DNA of 64,000 bases from Octopus sinensis (Eukaryota). Positions 49,393 to 63,256 of this stretch are shown here, one piece after another. The notes beneath the pieces are model-generated. The model worked only from the letters and a program-made list of their open reading frames with translations. It was not told the origin of the DNA and made no database searches. The stretch spans positions 12,896,001-12,960,000 of the forward strand of contig NC_043006.1 of assembly GCF_006345805.1 (NCBI RefSeq). Reading direction: 5' to 3'. The number at the start of each line of letters is the position of its first letter. The first letter of the stretch is position 1. Position numbers and translations under genes: made by a program.

Positions 49393-51264
49393 CCGCAATA
49401 TCTGTTCTGTTTGCAAAGGTGATTAGAGTGTCTACGCAGTCAGTCGCCTTTCTACATATCGCAATAAAATCTTCCATTAATTACATTCTACTGTCTCTAA
49501 TAAATGAAGGACATGTTGGGTGACGTAGTCATAGAGATACTAAATCTGAGAACAAGAGATTGGATGACAAGCCTGAAATGGCCTACTAAATAAAACAAAA
49601 TGACATCCGACTAAACAACATAAAGATCAGTTTATTATTAAAGGAAGTAATAAGAGAAAAGTGAACAGCAGTGAAAACAGTATTGTAAACAGAATCCTTT
49701 ACTCAATAAAGAGTTGATTAAGAAACATAATAATGCCAATTATACGATATACTGAGGGGAAAAAATAATCATAAATTCGGAACTACATTTGAATAGGCAA
49801 CGTTGTTGGAGTTGAATCTGTTCATAACAATAAACAATGAACTAAGATTTCTACAAACAAAATCATGTATTTGGTATTGTTTATACTACAAAGAATCCAA
49901 AGAAAATTTTAAAGTACACATTGTTTGATTTGGATAATTCTTTTTTTATTAGTAAACAATCTTAATTCTTTAAAGTAAAAATCGATTGTAACAGATTTCG
50001 TGACACAATATTAAGTTTTAAAAGTCTTCTACATGGTACGATATTTCACGCAACCACTCTCATATTGCAACAGGTTAAGTCGAACCGAACGAAAATTACA
50101 ACGTGGTTTCTATTTCCGAATTAAGTTATTTCACTACGAGTGTGTTTTTACGAATCGCTGTCCGTGCTAGAAGGAGTAGCTAATTCAATCTCATATTACT
50201 CAGTGCTACTGTCTGGAAATTTCTTTTAAAAAAACCGACACGATGAAAAATGTATTCGTTGATGTGGGAATAAAAAAAAAGTTTAAGAGGATGGTAACAA
50301 CCAGAATGGATTTCATTATGAAAGGTCTGCATAAAAAAGGCTACAGCAACCACAAAACCTTCGATTAAAGGTCTGTTGTGTTTAAGAAATGCGTGTACGG
50401 CACAATGTGACGTGTTCTTTCCATTATGAACCTGGATATTAGTGCCTGATTACCAAAAACTGATATTAAAGATACATATATGCGAGCGCAATCACCCCAC
50501 TCACACACCTAAATGTATATAAAGAAATATATATATATATTTTACTGTTTATATTTTGTACTGTCGTTACTATCCTGTTTTTGTTACCATTTTTATCCCT
50601 CCGCAAAAAAATCTCAAATTTTATTTAATTTGATTTTCGCGGGAAGGAAGATTTCATTGAAGTCATGTATCGCCTTGACTTTCGAAACGTGGAGTAGATG
50701 AAATTAAGGCGACTGAAGAAGGGGAATTTTCCTTCTTTTGTATGTCCTGTACTTATTTTTTTCGTTGTTTTTAAAAAAATGTCCATTTCCTTGGTTTTGT
50801 GTTTATGTTTTCGTTTCTCATTGTGTTCGACGTTTTTTTGGTGTCCTATACCCATATATGCATGTATATATACATGTAGAGGTAGGTACGTACATATATG
50901 CATGTATGTATATATGCATATGTTTTATTTATTTATTAATTTACATATATATATATATATATATATACATGCATTCTAGGTAAAGTCGAGTATTGATTTG
51001 TATGAAGAACTTCCATGGAACAACTAAGTTATTGCTAGCATACTTAATGAATTTAGCATGAAAAAAAAAAGCTAATAAGTACTAATGCGAATAAGAAAGA
51101 GAATAAGAAAGAGAGAAAACATTCGCCGAGAGGCAAAGACTAATATTTTAATCATTTTCGCAACAACGGCAGACAACTCTGGTTAACAGCTCCATCTCAG
51201 AGTAATTAAACTTAGTGAACTATGCATACATGTACGTACATATATACATATATATACATATATG

Positions 51265-51359
<95 letters not shown>

Positions 51360-52012
51360 CATATAGGCGCTTATGCTTACATACATATATTAATGCATGG
51401 CCATATCTATTTATTTATCTATCGATGAAAAACTAAATATTTTCAGCTGATCTTTTTCTCATCGCTACTGACTTGTAGTAATTAACTTGAAGTATATGCA
51501 TCGATGATGAGGTCTAATAAACGGAAACACGCGCCACGTTGTCTACCTTATTCGATAAATTATGAAAATAGTATAATCGTATACACCGCGCACCTGTTCA
51601 GGTAACGTTAAGTTGATGGCGATAATGAGTTACTGTACAACACATAAATTTGACCACTATAAACAAGTTATTTGTACAGGTTGCTCAGCACGAAATTATA
51701 GAATCATCTTTCTCGGACAACCATAGACTACTATCATCATATGCGTTTTATCATTACGTCTTCACAAGCATATATTGACGATTTCTATCTGGTCGTTTAA
51801 TTAAATTAGAAATTTCCTATATCATCAACAAAATTTTAATTACTGTTGCAGCATCTCATTGTATACACCCACACATATACACTCACACATGCACACACAT
51901 ATACATGCATGTCTATAAACATGTGTGTATGTCTGTATGTATTATGTATGTATGTATTATGTATGTATATATATATATATATATATATAGATAGATAGAT
52001 AGATAGATAGAT

Positions 52013-52080
<68 letters not shown>

Positions 52081-52164
52081 GTGGATAGATAGAGAGATAA
52101 ATAGATGTATTAATATATGCATATTATATATATATACATGCAAATTAACATAGTAAAATATAAG

Positions 52165-52203
<39 letters not shown>

Positions 52204-52496
52204 TATATATATCTGTGTGAATGTGTGTGTATGTGTGTGAGTGTTTATTAAAGTGCTTGAGGTATTTGTTTGTGGGTTGCTGGTTAGTTCATTCATGAAT
52301 TGCTCCTAGGTTTTTGAAATATCGAATTCAATACATTACGCAATAGAACAACCTGAATGTAGTTTCTCTATCTTCGTAAGAATACAGGAGTTTTTTATAT
52401 TGAATTTGAAAGCGCTGGAATTTTAATATCTTCTGGTTTCCGGGCTCTTTATTGTGCATTTGTTTATTATACATTTCTTGCGCAAGACATATATAT

Positions 52497-52883
52497 GATG
52501 GAAGCACTCCGTCGTTTACGACGACGAGGGTTCCGGTTGATCCGAATCAACGGAACAGCCTGCTCGTGAAATTAACGTGTAAGTGGCTGAGCATTCCACA
52601 GACACGTGTACCCTTAACGTAGTTCTCGGGGATATTCAGCGTGACACAGAGAGTGACAAGGCCGGCCCTTTGAAATACAGGTACAACAGAAACAGGAAGT
52701 AAGAGTGAGAGAAAGTTGTGGTGAAAGAGTACAGCAGGGATCGCCACCATCCCCTGCCGGAGCCTCGTGGAGCTTTAGGTGTTTTCGCTCAATAAACACT
52801 CACAACGCCCGGTCTGGGAATCGAAACCGCGATCCTACGACCGCGAGTCCGCTGCCCTAACCACTGGGCCATTGCGCCTCCAC
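52497..52883 (-). mobile_element. SINE family R, full length
   Basis: Near-identical reverse complement of 31553-31931, with ACATATATAT on both flanks. Confidence 0.9.
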
Positions 52884-53255
52884 ACATATATATATATAGC
52901 AAGATTCTTTTGTAACTCTCGTTACATCGGCTGGGGAACAGGCTGAAGACAAACGCATATATCTATGTATTCCACTAGATTACTCTAAACTAACTTAAAC
53001 ATATTGTCCTTATGCATATATTTTCCAGTATCATTTGAATGTCGCCACTGAAGAGTTTTCTCAATAAAGGGCATTCGCGAAACTCTGAGTAGTGTCAGAG
53101 AGTAATTTTATCATTACAATAAACAATTACATTATTTTCCATCTTACTCCCTAAAAATCAAACGCATGTATACGCAGACAAACGCGTACACATACAGAAA
53201 CACAATCACACACACACACACACATACACACACATACATATATATATATATATAT

Positions 53256-53412
53256 TGGAGGAAGCAGGTGGTGTATACAACAATCAGATGTATTAGTTTA
53301 ACGTCCGGGAAGTGAAAAAGTCTTCAACGTTTCGAGCCTACGCTCTTCCACAGAAAGGAACATGAGAAAATAAACAGAGAGAGAAAATAAAGAATGTGTA
53401 GTGGCTAGCGAT
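53256..53412 (-). mobile_element. Penelope-like 3'-end repeat, family C
   Basis: Reverse complement of the 391-568 core. Motif at 53322-53357. Confidence 0.6.
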
Positions 53413-53423
53413 CGATCATCCTG

Positions 53424-53473
<50 letters not shown>

Positions 53474-53664
53474 GTGTGTGTACATATACATACATATATA
53501 CGCACAATACATAGACACATATATATGTAAATATATACAAGTATATATATATATATATATCTGAGTGCATGTGTGTGTGTGTATGTGTGTGTGAGTGTGT
53601 GTATGTTAATCTTCGTCCTTCTCATAATGACTTAATCAAAATATGTAATACATTGGGAAAAGAG

Positions 53665-54400
53665 AATAGTGCCAGAAGAGTCGACAAAAGTTATACTTAA
53701 GCTTACCAAGAAAGACAATATAAGTGACTGCAGGAAGTGTAGGGTCATCACATTACTGTCTACACCAGGCAAGTCCAGCAAACACTGGTCATCAACTTTA
53801 TCGATTTAAATAAAGCTTTTGACAAGTTAAACTGACAATCGGTCTGGTCCATTACGAAGGCAAATGGCATTCAAGAAGACTACGTCTATATGCCAACACA
53901 AGTTACGAAGATATGGAAAAGCGGCAAGAGAAAAGACTTCAACATCATCACAGGAGTGAAACAGGTTTGTTCACTGACAACTGTCACACTTGTCATTTCT
54001 TCTGGCCATCGTCTTTGTGGTACAGAGTGCCATGAATGTACCGAATGCCGGAATACACCAGAATACACAGCTTTGGATTATACTGATGAAACTACGTGTT
54101 TTGCAGATTCATGTTCGGTGAACTTATTGAACCAGTTCGAAATGTTACCGACTTCACCTTCTTGGGCAGCATTATAGTAACAGACTGGGGTATTGGAGCA
54201 GATGCCAGCTCTACAATCAAGCGTGCGTATTGCAGTAGTGTTCAGAACAATGAACAATATCTAGGACAGCACTTCGATTAGCAACAGTATGAAGATCCCG
54301 CTATGTCAGGGCATTTTCTCGCCAACGTAAGTCCATGCAGGAGAAATCTTGGACAATGACTGTCAATAGCATTCAGATTTTGAAAACATTCCACAATATG
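53665..54400 (+). mobile_element. RTE-like LINE reverse-transcriptase relic
   Basis: Frameshifted peptides KLTKKDNISDCRKCRVITLLSTPGK, LVINFIDLNKAFDK, FNIITGVKQVC, LDYTDE, VTDFTFLGSII and SWTMT match RTE-type RT motifs. Several deletions. Confidence 0.75.
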
Positions 54401-54440
54401 TATGCGAGTAAGTGTATGTATGTGTATGGGGATATATATA

Positions 54441-54672
54441 AGGCGGCGAGCTGGCAGAAAGGTTAGCACGCCGGGCGAAATGCGTAGCCGTGTTTCGTCT
54501 GCCGTTACGTTCTGAGTTCAAATTCCGCCGAGGTCGACTTTGCCTTTCATCCTTCCGGGGTCGATAAATTAAGAACCAGTTACGAACTGGGATCGATGTA
54601 ATCGACTTAATCCCTTTGTCTGTCCTTGTTTGTCCCCCTGTGTTTAGCTCCTTCTGGGTAGTAAAGAAATAG
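54441..54672 (+). mobile_element. SINE family M, monomer
   Basis: Full head-to-tail family homology. Confidence 0.9.
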
Positions 54673-55427
54673 GTACATATAAGTGTATGTGCTTGCGTGT
54701 GCGTGGGTGTGCGCATTTGTGTGTGTGGTTGTGCGTGTCTGTGTGTGTGTGAGCGTGCGTGTAGCCGAAGTATAACCGAATTATAGTTCGCTTCACAACA
54801 ACCATACAGTGAGATCCAGCCCACTATGTGTATTGTGAGGTAATGTCATATTTTATAACCTCGTGGGTGAAAATGAGTACACCGCAAATAAAATGAAGCC
54901 CGACGTGTAGAGTGTGCCCCTATTTCAGAAGTACATCCTTATCCGAAACCGTGTCACCCTAGTTCTGATTAAGAATGGAGCAGTGGGTACAGGCTTCTTT
55001 TGAACACTCAACCACCCATACCTTAAATTGGGTACAAGTTGTTGCGTTAATCGAACAATTGAATTCACATCAAGGAACGAAGGCGATCCATCAAACCATA
55101 TACATACATTTATACATAAATACATACATATATGCATACATATTTGATTCTTATAGTAAAATCTATATACTGCTAAGTTGGATTTGGATTAGCTTTAAAT
55201 TCAAGCAAAATTGGCTTGCAAATTTCGTTCCCCCCGCTCACTATGGGTCAGTTAACTCCCCTGACTATACATAGACTTATGGTATACGTGTGGCTATACG
55301 GGCCTTTGACTCTTATCTTTAGCAATATACGTGCTACAATGTACATTCAGCTACTATTAGTAACAATTGAATTCTCCCAGTTTGGTTTTATATTGCGTGT
55401 GGCCAACTTTATTATTATCATTATTAC

Positions 55428-55542
55428 TACCCTGCGCGCGTAAGCGAAAACAAGGTATCTTTGTCTGAGTATTTGCAAAACTACTGGCAAACGGCTGAAC
55501 AGATTTTCACCATATTTGGCAGAAGAGTGGCTCGAAATTATG
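55428..55542. mobile_element. Helentron/HINE-like terminus
   Basis: Reverse-complement relative of 12990-13133. Confidence 0.5.
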
Positions 55543-56174
55543 AAATTTTGGGTTGAGTATATTAAAAAAAAACATTAAATCGAACTCACAAATTTTCCGA
55601 TAAGAATGTGATTCATATTATTTTGTTTACTTTCTTTTCCATATGAATCGACTCTCGCCTGCGTGTGTACAGGTGATGGTGTACCTATGCGCGTCACACG
55701 TGTGAGTATAATAAAAAAAAAACAAGTTGATATTAAACTCAAACGTTGTCAATGATCTATATTTGCAATACTCTTCCCAGTGGTGTGGCAGTGACACCGA
55801 TGTTGATCCTGCTAGTCTGCAGTCAAATGAAGGATTGCACAGCAGGAAAAGCGTCACCTTATTCTTAAAATGTAATGTGTGTGAGACAGAGAGAATTTGT
55901 GTGCAAGTTCTTTATATATATATATATACAAAATAAGAAAATGGAGAAATACACCTTAATGAATAATCAACTACCAGATAATATCCAATCACATAATTCA
56001 TTAACCCACTACATATGAACATCAAGGTCAAACATAATAGTACGGAACAAAACAATGCACATCAATGAGTAATATGATACAATAGGTACAATATGTATAA
56101 GTGAATATAAATAAATATAAATATAGACATATATATATATATATATACATCTATATATGTATACGTGTATACAC

Positions 56175-56242
<68 letters not shown>

Positions 56243-56259
56243 ATATATATATATATATA

Positions 56260-56410
56260 GAACGGGCTTCTTTCAGTTTCAATATTCCAAATTGACTCAC
56301 AAGTCATTGGTCAGTCATTAGAAGATACTTGCCCAACGTGCCACGCACTGGGACTGAATCCGAAACTATGTGGCTGGGAAGCAAGTTTGTTACTACACAC
56401 CCACTCATGC
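56260..56410 (-). mobile_element. Degenerate 5' half of SINE family A
   Basis: ACGGGCTTCTTTCAGTTTC..GATACTTGCCCAACGTGCCACGCACTGGGACTGAA. Confidence 0.7.
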
Positions 56411-56436
56411 ATATATATGTATATATACATATATAT

Positions 56437-56468
<32 letters not shown>

Positions 56469-56487
56469 TTGCATATATATATTATAT

Positions 56488-56577
<90 letters not shown>

Positions 56578-57043
56578 ATATATATATATATATATAATGT
56601 ATATATATTATATATATGTATATATATATAATTTCATTGTTTTATATTCAGGTAGACAGCTTGCCGTATGCTGTTTAAAGCCCATACACAATAATCGGCT
56701 ACCTGATGTCAACAACAGAATAAAGATATAGTCCGCTGCTTTTGCATTTGTGTCTGTAGAGTTTATATATCGATATGAGACACAAAATGGAATATTCGAG
56801 ACTTTATTCAAAACCCCTACAATGGCTTCGACTCATCATGCATGACACACTACAGGTTAAATGCTGTACAAACAGTTATGATGCCTCGTAAGTGCGAATG
56901 CGTCTCCTCGGGTGAATTTTCTAACATTACCTCATTTTTTATTTACCGTTTCACTTAATTTTCTAGCAATATATTTGGGTAATTTTGACGTACTATGCGT
57001 CTCCATAAGGAACTAAGATATATTATGCATTTATACATATATA

Positions 57044-57171
<128 letters not shown>

Positions 57172-57222
57172 CCACCATATATATACATGATATATACACA
57201 CACTTATGAACACATCCCAACA

Positions 57223-57256
<34 letters not shown>

Positions 57257-58059
57257 CGTGTATGTCTATACACATATGTTTGTATGGATATATAGGCTTT
57301 CATTCGCTTTAATATTTGAATTTCTGTTGGTTCGATTGAAGCCAATGGACTTTGGTTCATAACAAAGGAACGTAGTAATGGATTATGATATTAAATATTC
57401 CAGTTAGATAAAAATATATATTTTGGGATCAAATCCGAAACTTGTTACGAATTTTTTATTGAAAAACTTTTTTTTTTTTTCGCACAAATGAGAGTTAATT
57501 TATTAATTTATTCGGCGCCATCTATAATGAATAACATTAGTATATTCATCAAATTATTCACTGGAGCAGGAAATTCAAAACAAAAAAAAAAAAAAAGAAA
57601 GCAAACAGCGATAGCATCAAAAAAACGCTCTTCTAGAAATTATATAAATGCAAGTTATTTTCTGCTCTTGTCATATTAATAGAATGGAGAAGAAAATCTA
57701 TGGGAGGAAAAAAGAATAACAAAAAAAAAATGATTTGTATTCTATCACTTGTGCTTAACCGGATCAAACAATGAGACAAAAGCCGAGGTTGGACCTATAG
57801 GAAAGCTTTTCAACAAGGTATTAATATTAATCATAACAATTATCTACTTCAATGATACCTTTTATTAAATATTTCATTCATTGTTGAGTCGAAAGTCCAT
57901 TCAATGTAATCTTCACTCCTTGCTTGATTCGTTTCAGAGAAATATAAATAATGATATTGAAAGAGAGAGACACGCATTGTTTACATAGCTAACCTTTGGA
58001 TAGCAATGCAGTGTATATGCATACATATATTAATGGATACCCGAGCAAATAGATACATG

Positions 58060-58091
<32 letters not shown>

Positions 58092-58198
58092 GAATATGCA
58101 TGTATGAATATATGAATATTTATTATATATATATATATATATTATATATATACATATATGTATATGTACAAAGACACGCCATTATTTTTATATGTATA

Positions 58199-58240
<42 letters not shown>

Positions 58241-58934
58241 GCACGCACAAATAATGATGTCTTTGTACATATATATACATAGGAGCGACAAATCATATAT
58301 ATGTATAATGTGTATCTGTGTGTGTGTCTGTATGTCTATGTGTGTGACTGTGTGCGTGCGTGATTCTGTATCTGTGTGACTGTGTGTATGAGACTCTGTG
58401 TGTATGAGACTCTGTGTGTGTGTGTGTGACTGTGTGTATCTGTGAGAGAGGGACAATGAAATGGATGTGTGTATTACTGAGCAAACCTATTGAACTACCT
58501 GGCTTCTGAATATATCATGAGCGGAAAGAAACGAGACTCTATTCAATATCTATTACGCACTAGACTATTTATCGTTACCTGCACATGCATGCATACATAC
58601 ATACATACATACATAATACATACATACATACATACATACACATATATATTGCTGTATGTTTTTATGGACGGTGGATGGATGTAGACATGTATGCATTTAT
58701 GTATGCATGTATATATGTATGTAGTTTGCTTGTACGTTATTGAGAAATATTCACTTCAGATCAGAGTTTGCTTAACTTCTTTACGAAGTCATAAAATGAT
58801 TGCGTAACAAAGTGTTTGTCATTAATAAATTTACTAAATCCATGGAATAGGGCCCAAACATAAATACAGATACTCAGAGTTTCGTCGCCCAAACATTAAA
58901 TTTTGGGGCCATTTTTCGAACTGAGAACAAGACC

Positions 58935-59211
58935 TTATTGCTCAGGTCACTGCTTGGAATCGAACTCGGAATATTGGGGTTAGTAGCCCGCGCTCTTAAC
59001 CACTACGCCATATGCCCTATAATAATAATAATAATAATAACATCGAATGAGAACCCAGGTTCGAAATTTCCCCCAAGACACCTGAAGAAGGCTGGAGGTA
59101 TATCAGCCGAAACGCTGTGTTAACAACAAACAAGATGAGGACAAATATCCGTTGAATGTAAATAATGTAAATAGTGTACATAATTCCTCATCTTTTAAAT
59201 ATAAAACAGAA
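58935..59211. mobile_element. Family B copy with inverted tRNA head
   Basis: Head on minus at 58935-59017, (AAT)n and tail on plus at 59018-~59206, 9-bp TSD AACAAGACC (58926-58934 / 59212-59220). Confidence 0.85.
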
Positions 59212-59745
59212 AACAAGACCGTTTGTCCGTAGTTTACCAAGCAGATAGCGTTTGGACAGTGAATTCTCATAACAAAAAGAACACAGACGAGATAACGAAC
59301 GTTACAATAAATAAATGTCTATGTAGCCTAAGCAAGATATTAATAGTTTACGATATCTCCGATGGCCTAGTTTTAAATTTCTCTAATATGTATTTCTCAA
59401 AATACAGACATAGAGGGAGAATGCCGTTTCTAGAATTTACGTAGTCGTTGGAGGCTCGTAAGTTCTTCAAGAGACATAGTTTTTCAACAGAACATATTGA
59501 ACATGTTTTTCACACGTTAATTATAAGGATAGTTTGTGGAAAGGATTTTCCATTTGATGTCTTCGTCCTTAAGTTTCCAGATTAAAGCCGAAAAAGAGTA
59601 GCTGAGTGACTCTTATCACGGTATCTAAAAGTAACGGACAAACGGTCTCGTTCTCGCATGAAAAATGACGAAATAGAATTGCGCTTCAGCTACAAAACCT
59701 CGGGTAGTTCTATTTCACAAAACTTGTGATTTTTATTATAACATA

Positions 59746-60153
59746 GGCGCAGGAGTGGCTGTGTGGTAAGTAGCTTGCTTACCAACCACATGGTTCCGGG
59801 TTCAGTCCCACTGCGTGGCATCTTGGGCAAGTGTCTTCTGCTATAGCTCCGGGCCGACCAATGCCTTGTGAGTGGATTTGGTAGACGGAAACTAAAAGAA
59901 GCCTGTCGTATATATGTATATATATATATGTGTGTATATGTGTTTGTGTGTCTGTGTTTGTCCCCCTAGCATTGCTTGACAACCGATGCTGGTGTGTTTA
60001 CGTCCCCGTCACTTAGCGGTTCGGCAAAAGAGACCGATAGAATAAGTACTGGGCTTACAAAGAATAAGTCCCGGCGTCGATTTGCTCGACTAAAGGCGGT
60101 GCTCCAGCATGGCCGCAGTCAAATGACTGAAACAAGTAAAAGAGTAAAAGAGA
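59746..60153 (+). mobile_element. SINE family A, full length
   Basis: Near-identical to 21698-22112. Confidence 0.9.
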
Positions 60154-60580
60154 GTATAATCTTTACTGTGTTTGCTGATTGAGTGCTATTCTAATTGTTG
60201 GACAGTTTAACCAGATTTCCTCAAAACAGATTCTAAAAACAGAAACAAACAAATCAATGAAACAATAATAAATTGAGTTGGAATGCTTCTTAAGCGATGA
60301 AGGAAATCTCGCCACCATGAAAGTACCTAGCTTCTCATGCCTGTTGTTGTTGGTATCTGGCGTCGGATGATAGACTACCTCACTGTGAGTAGAGTAGATA
60401 CTCCATATCTCGTTAGATAAACCCTTCTAGAAGTCAGGACCTCCGAAATAAATATCTTCTTCTTTAATCTATATTGTTTGTCATATCTCCCTAACTTTAT
60501 CCTCCTTTTCTTTACTTGCCCAGCGCAGAATAACAAAGGATGTGTTATCATCATCATCATCATCATCATCATTATTATTA

Positions 60581-60641
<61 letters not shown>

Positions 60642-60967
60642 GCAGTAGTTTTATTTTTATAGCGTGCTTTCACTTCACTACCGAGCGCAGCTCTGTGTGC
60701 CTTGGGTATGTGCTGTGATTTGTTGTGATGCTCTGATGGTTATTGTATGGAAAGTGTTCTGCGTAGGATGTGTGCAGTGCCTAGTAGTGCAATTTTCTGT
60801 ATGTTATATGTGTTTGTAAGTCCTGGTGTTTTTGTTATGTATTTGTCTGAATATTTTTTTATCATGCCTAATGCACCTACTATGATAGGAATTGTTTCTG
60901 TTTTCAGATTCCACATTCTAGTTACCTCTATTTCCAGGTCTTTGTATTTTGAGAGTTTCTCCATTTC

Positions 60968-60970
<3 letters not shown>
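60642..60970 (-). mobile_element. R4/Dong-like element, short 3' fragment in (AAT)n
   Basis: KEMEKLSKYKDLEIEVTRMWNLKTETIPIIVGALGMIKK..IQKIALLGTAHILRRTLSIQ* (stop 60740-60742), a ~100-bp 3' UTR different from the 9-11 kb copies, and (AAT)n on both sides. Confidence 0.9.
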
Positions 60971-61042
<72 letters not shown>

Positions 61043-62094
61043 CACACACATGTGTGAGTTTGTATAATCTCATAAGTTTCTGCCCACATGTACATGCACC
61101 ATATTAGTGTACAATATATTCTCACGCAGACGGTCTTTCGTGTGGTGCGAGCTATACTAACAGTCATTTGGAACTCAGGGTGTATGTTTAAATGAGAACT
61201 TGTGTTTATGTAGTTGTATGCATGTGTATATGTCTATATGTGTGTACGCGTGTTTGATTTCGTTTTATGAATATGAGTCTCTCATATTCCATTCACCAAA
61301 TACCTAGCTCGGAGATTTTTATGACAGCCTATAATTACTATGCAATTCAATAATTCTGATACCTATTTTTATTGTTGAATATTCTTATAATACGTAAACT
61401 ATCAAAAAACATCCACGTATTTCTCAGTCTTCAAACTGACAGTTGTTATTTACAATAGTTTACGTCTTTGAAATATTAATAAGAGAAAATATTGATTCTT
61501 GGTTTATAAACTTCAACTGCAATTGATACAGTTTAGTGTAATAACATCTTAGTACATAATTATTTAAAATAACAATATAGTTAGTGTTTGTTTTTTCATT
61601 GCTTTTATTTAATATACCTTGTGGATATCGAATGATATGTGACAGTTGCACCTTTTTGAGGAGTAAGTATAATGTTGAATTTACATCGCTTTTCTTTCAA
61701 TGAATTTTTAAATGATATAAAAATTATGTAAAATGTTTTAGCCATTATGAAGCTAGTTTTTTAAACATAGATTAACGTTGTAGTTTGATGGAAGGTCCAT
61801 ATTTAAATCATTTTAACTCGTTTATTATCATATTTTTACTGAGATTCATGCTTGTTTCAATTAGCTTTGAATATAATGAATTTAGTAAAATAGCCATCAT
61901 TATTAAGCTGGGGTTTGCACTTCGTTCGTCTTTACGTTCTGAGCCCAACTCAGCCGCGGTTGAGTTTGGTTTTAATTCTTTCGGGGTCAATAAAATAAAT
62001 ACCAGGCAAACTATTAGCCCTGTGCCAAGGATTTGAAACGATCATTAATCTGGTGTTTGAAACGCATATTAGCATAGAATTTTGATGGAAATTC

Positions 62095-62957
62095 AAGAGG
62101 AAGTCAAAACATTCTCCACATTTTTGCCAAAACTTTATTTTAGGTTTACCGCAGCGCTCGCATGGTAAATTGGTACTCTTTCAGTGATGTAATCACTGTT
62201 TGACCTTGATTGTTCTATTTTTTTTCTTTTACCTTGTGTTACAGATCAAATATGGCCGCTCCGCTAACAGTGTGCACCAAGGAAGAACAGAAACCAGTGA
62301 ACTGATTTCTCTGGTCTGAAAGTGTGCCTAGGGCTGAAATTCACAGCAAACTTCCAGTACAATACGGGTACAGCGATCTGTCACGAAGTAGTGTGTATAA
62401 TCGTCCACAAGAAGCACTGCGCGAGACGAGTTCCAATAGAGTTTACAGAAGCGCATAAACGCAATCACGTGGAGATTATCAACGTTTACTCGACCGGTAC
62501 GGCGATGAAGGTGAATATTTTTCTTAGAGGAAATGGTCACTGATGAGGCGAGATTCTATACCTATTTCTTTACTACCCACAGGGGGCTAAACACAGAGGG
62601 GACAAACAGAGACAGACAAACGGATTAAGTCGATTACATCAACCCCAGTGCGTAACTGGTACTTAATTTATCGACCCCGAAAGGATGAAAGGTAAAGTTG
62701 ACCTCGGAGGAATTTGAACTCAGAATGTAACGGCAGACGAAATACGGCTACGCTTTTCGCCCGGCATGCTAACGATTCTGCCATCTCGCCGCCTTTGTCT
62801 ATACCTGAGTCTATACCTTTGAACCAATATCCAAAAGGCGGAAGATGGAATCGCCAACGAATATGAAATTCATGATTCAGTCTTCCGCAGGACAAGTGAT
62901 GCTAACCGTTTATTAGGGCGCTAAATTAACACGAGGGTAACATTTAACTTACCCTCG
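62095..62957 (+). mobile_element. mariner transposon relic, internally deleted and interrupted by a SINE
   Basis: ATG at 62252: MAAPLTVCTKEEQKPVN*FLWSESVPRAEIHSKL..SRSSVY. Then HKKHCARRVPIEFTEAHKRN, QRLLDRYGDEGEYF, and after the SINE FEPISKRRKME..SAGQVMLTV. The right end reads CCCTCG|TA. The left boundary is approximate. Confidence 0.85.
62561..62796 (-). mobile_element. SINE family M monomer inserted in the mariner relic
   Basis: Family homology. TCTATACCT occurs at 62555-62563, 62798-62806 and 62810-62818. Confidence 0.9.
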
Positions 62958-63174
62958 TATTACTTTAGATCACTTTAAAACAGAAAGCTTGTATTTGTAT
63001 TTAGAACCAGGAGCGATCTCAGACGGGTAAAATTAATTAATTTCAGTAAAGAATGGAAATTACGTGTTTAAAGAGAATATCTTGTAGGTCTATTTTAACA
63101 CGAGTACCCCGGATAGATATTGAAAGGGTTAATTAAAAGTAATCAACTTATGAATTGAAATTGTTTGTTTACAG

Positions 63175-63256
63175 GAGTTTATCTAGTAGGATACTGAAAT
63201 ACTTTGTTAAAAAGACACCGATAGTTGTTATGGATATTGTAAACCTTCTGTACATG
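63175..63256 (+). other. Candidate 82-nt exon
   Basis: TTGTTTGTTTACAG|G acceptor, ATG|GTAAGG donor and one open frame (SLSSRILKYFVKKTPIVVMDIVNLLYM). Protein not recognised. Confidence 0.3.

Noticed and set aside
53044-53096. CTGAAGA..GAAAC..GTA hammerhead-like string
   Set aside because: The first pair of helix I is an A-G mismatch and helix II barely pairs, so it is compatible with chance.
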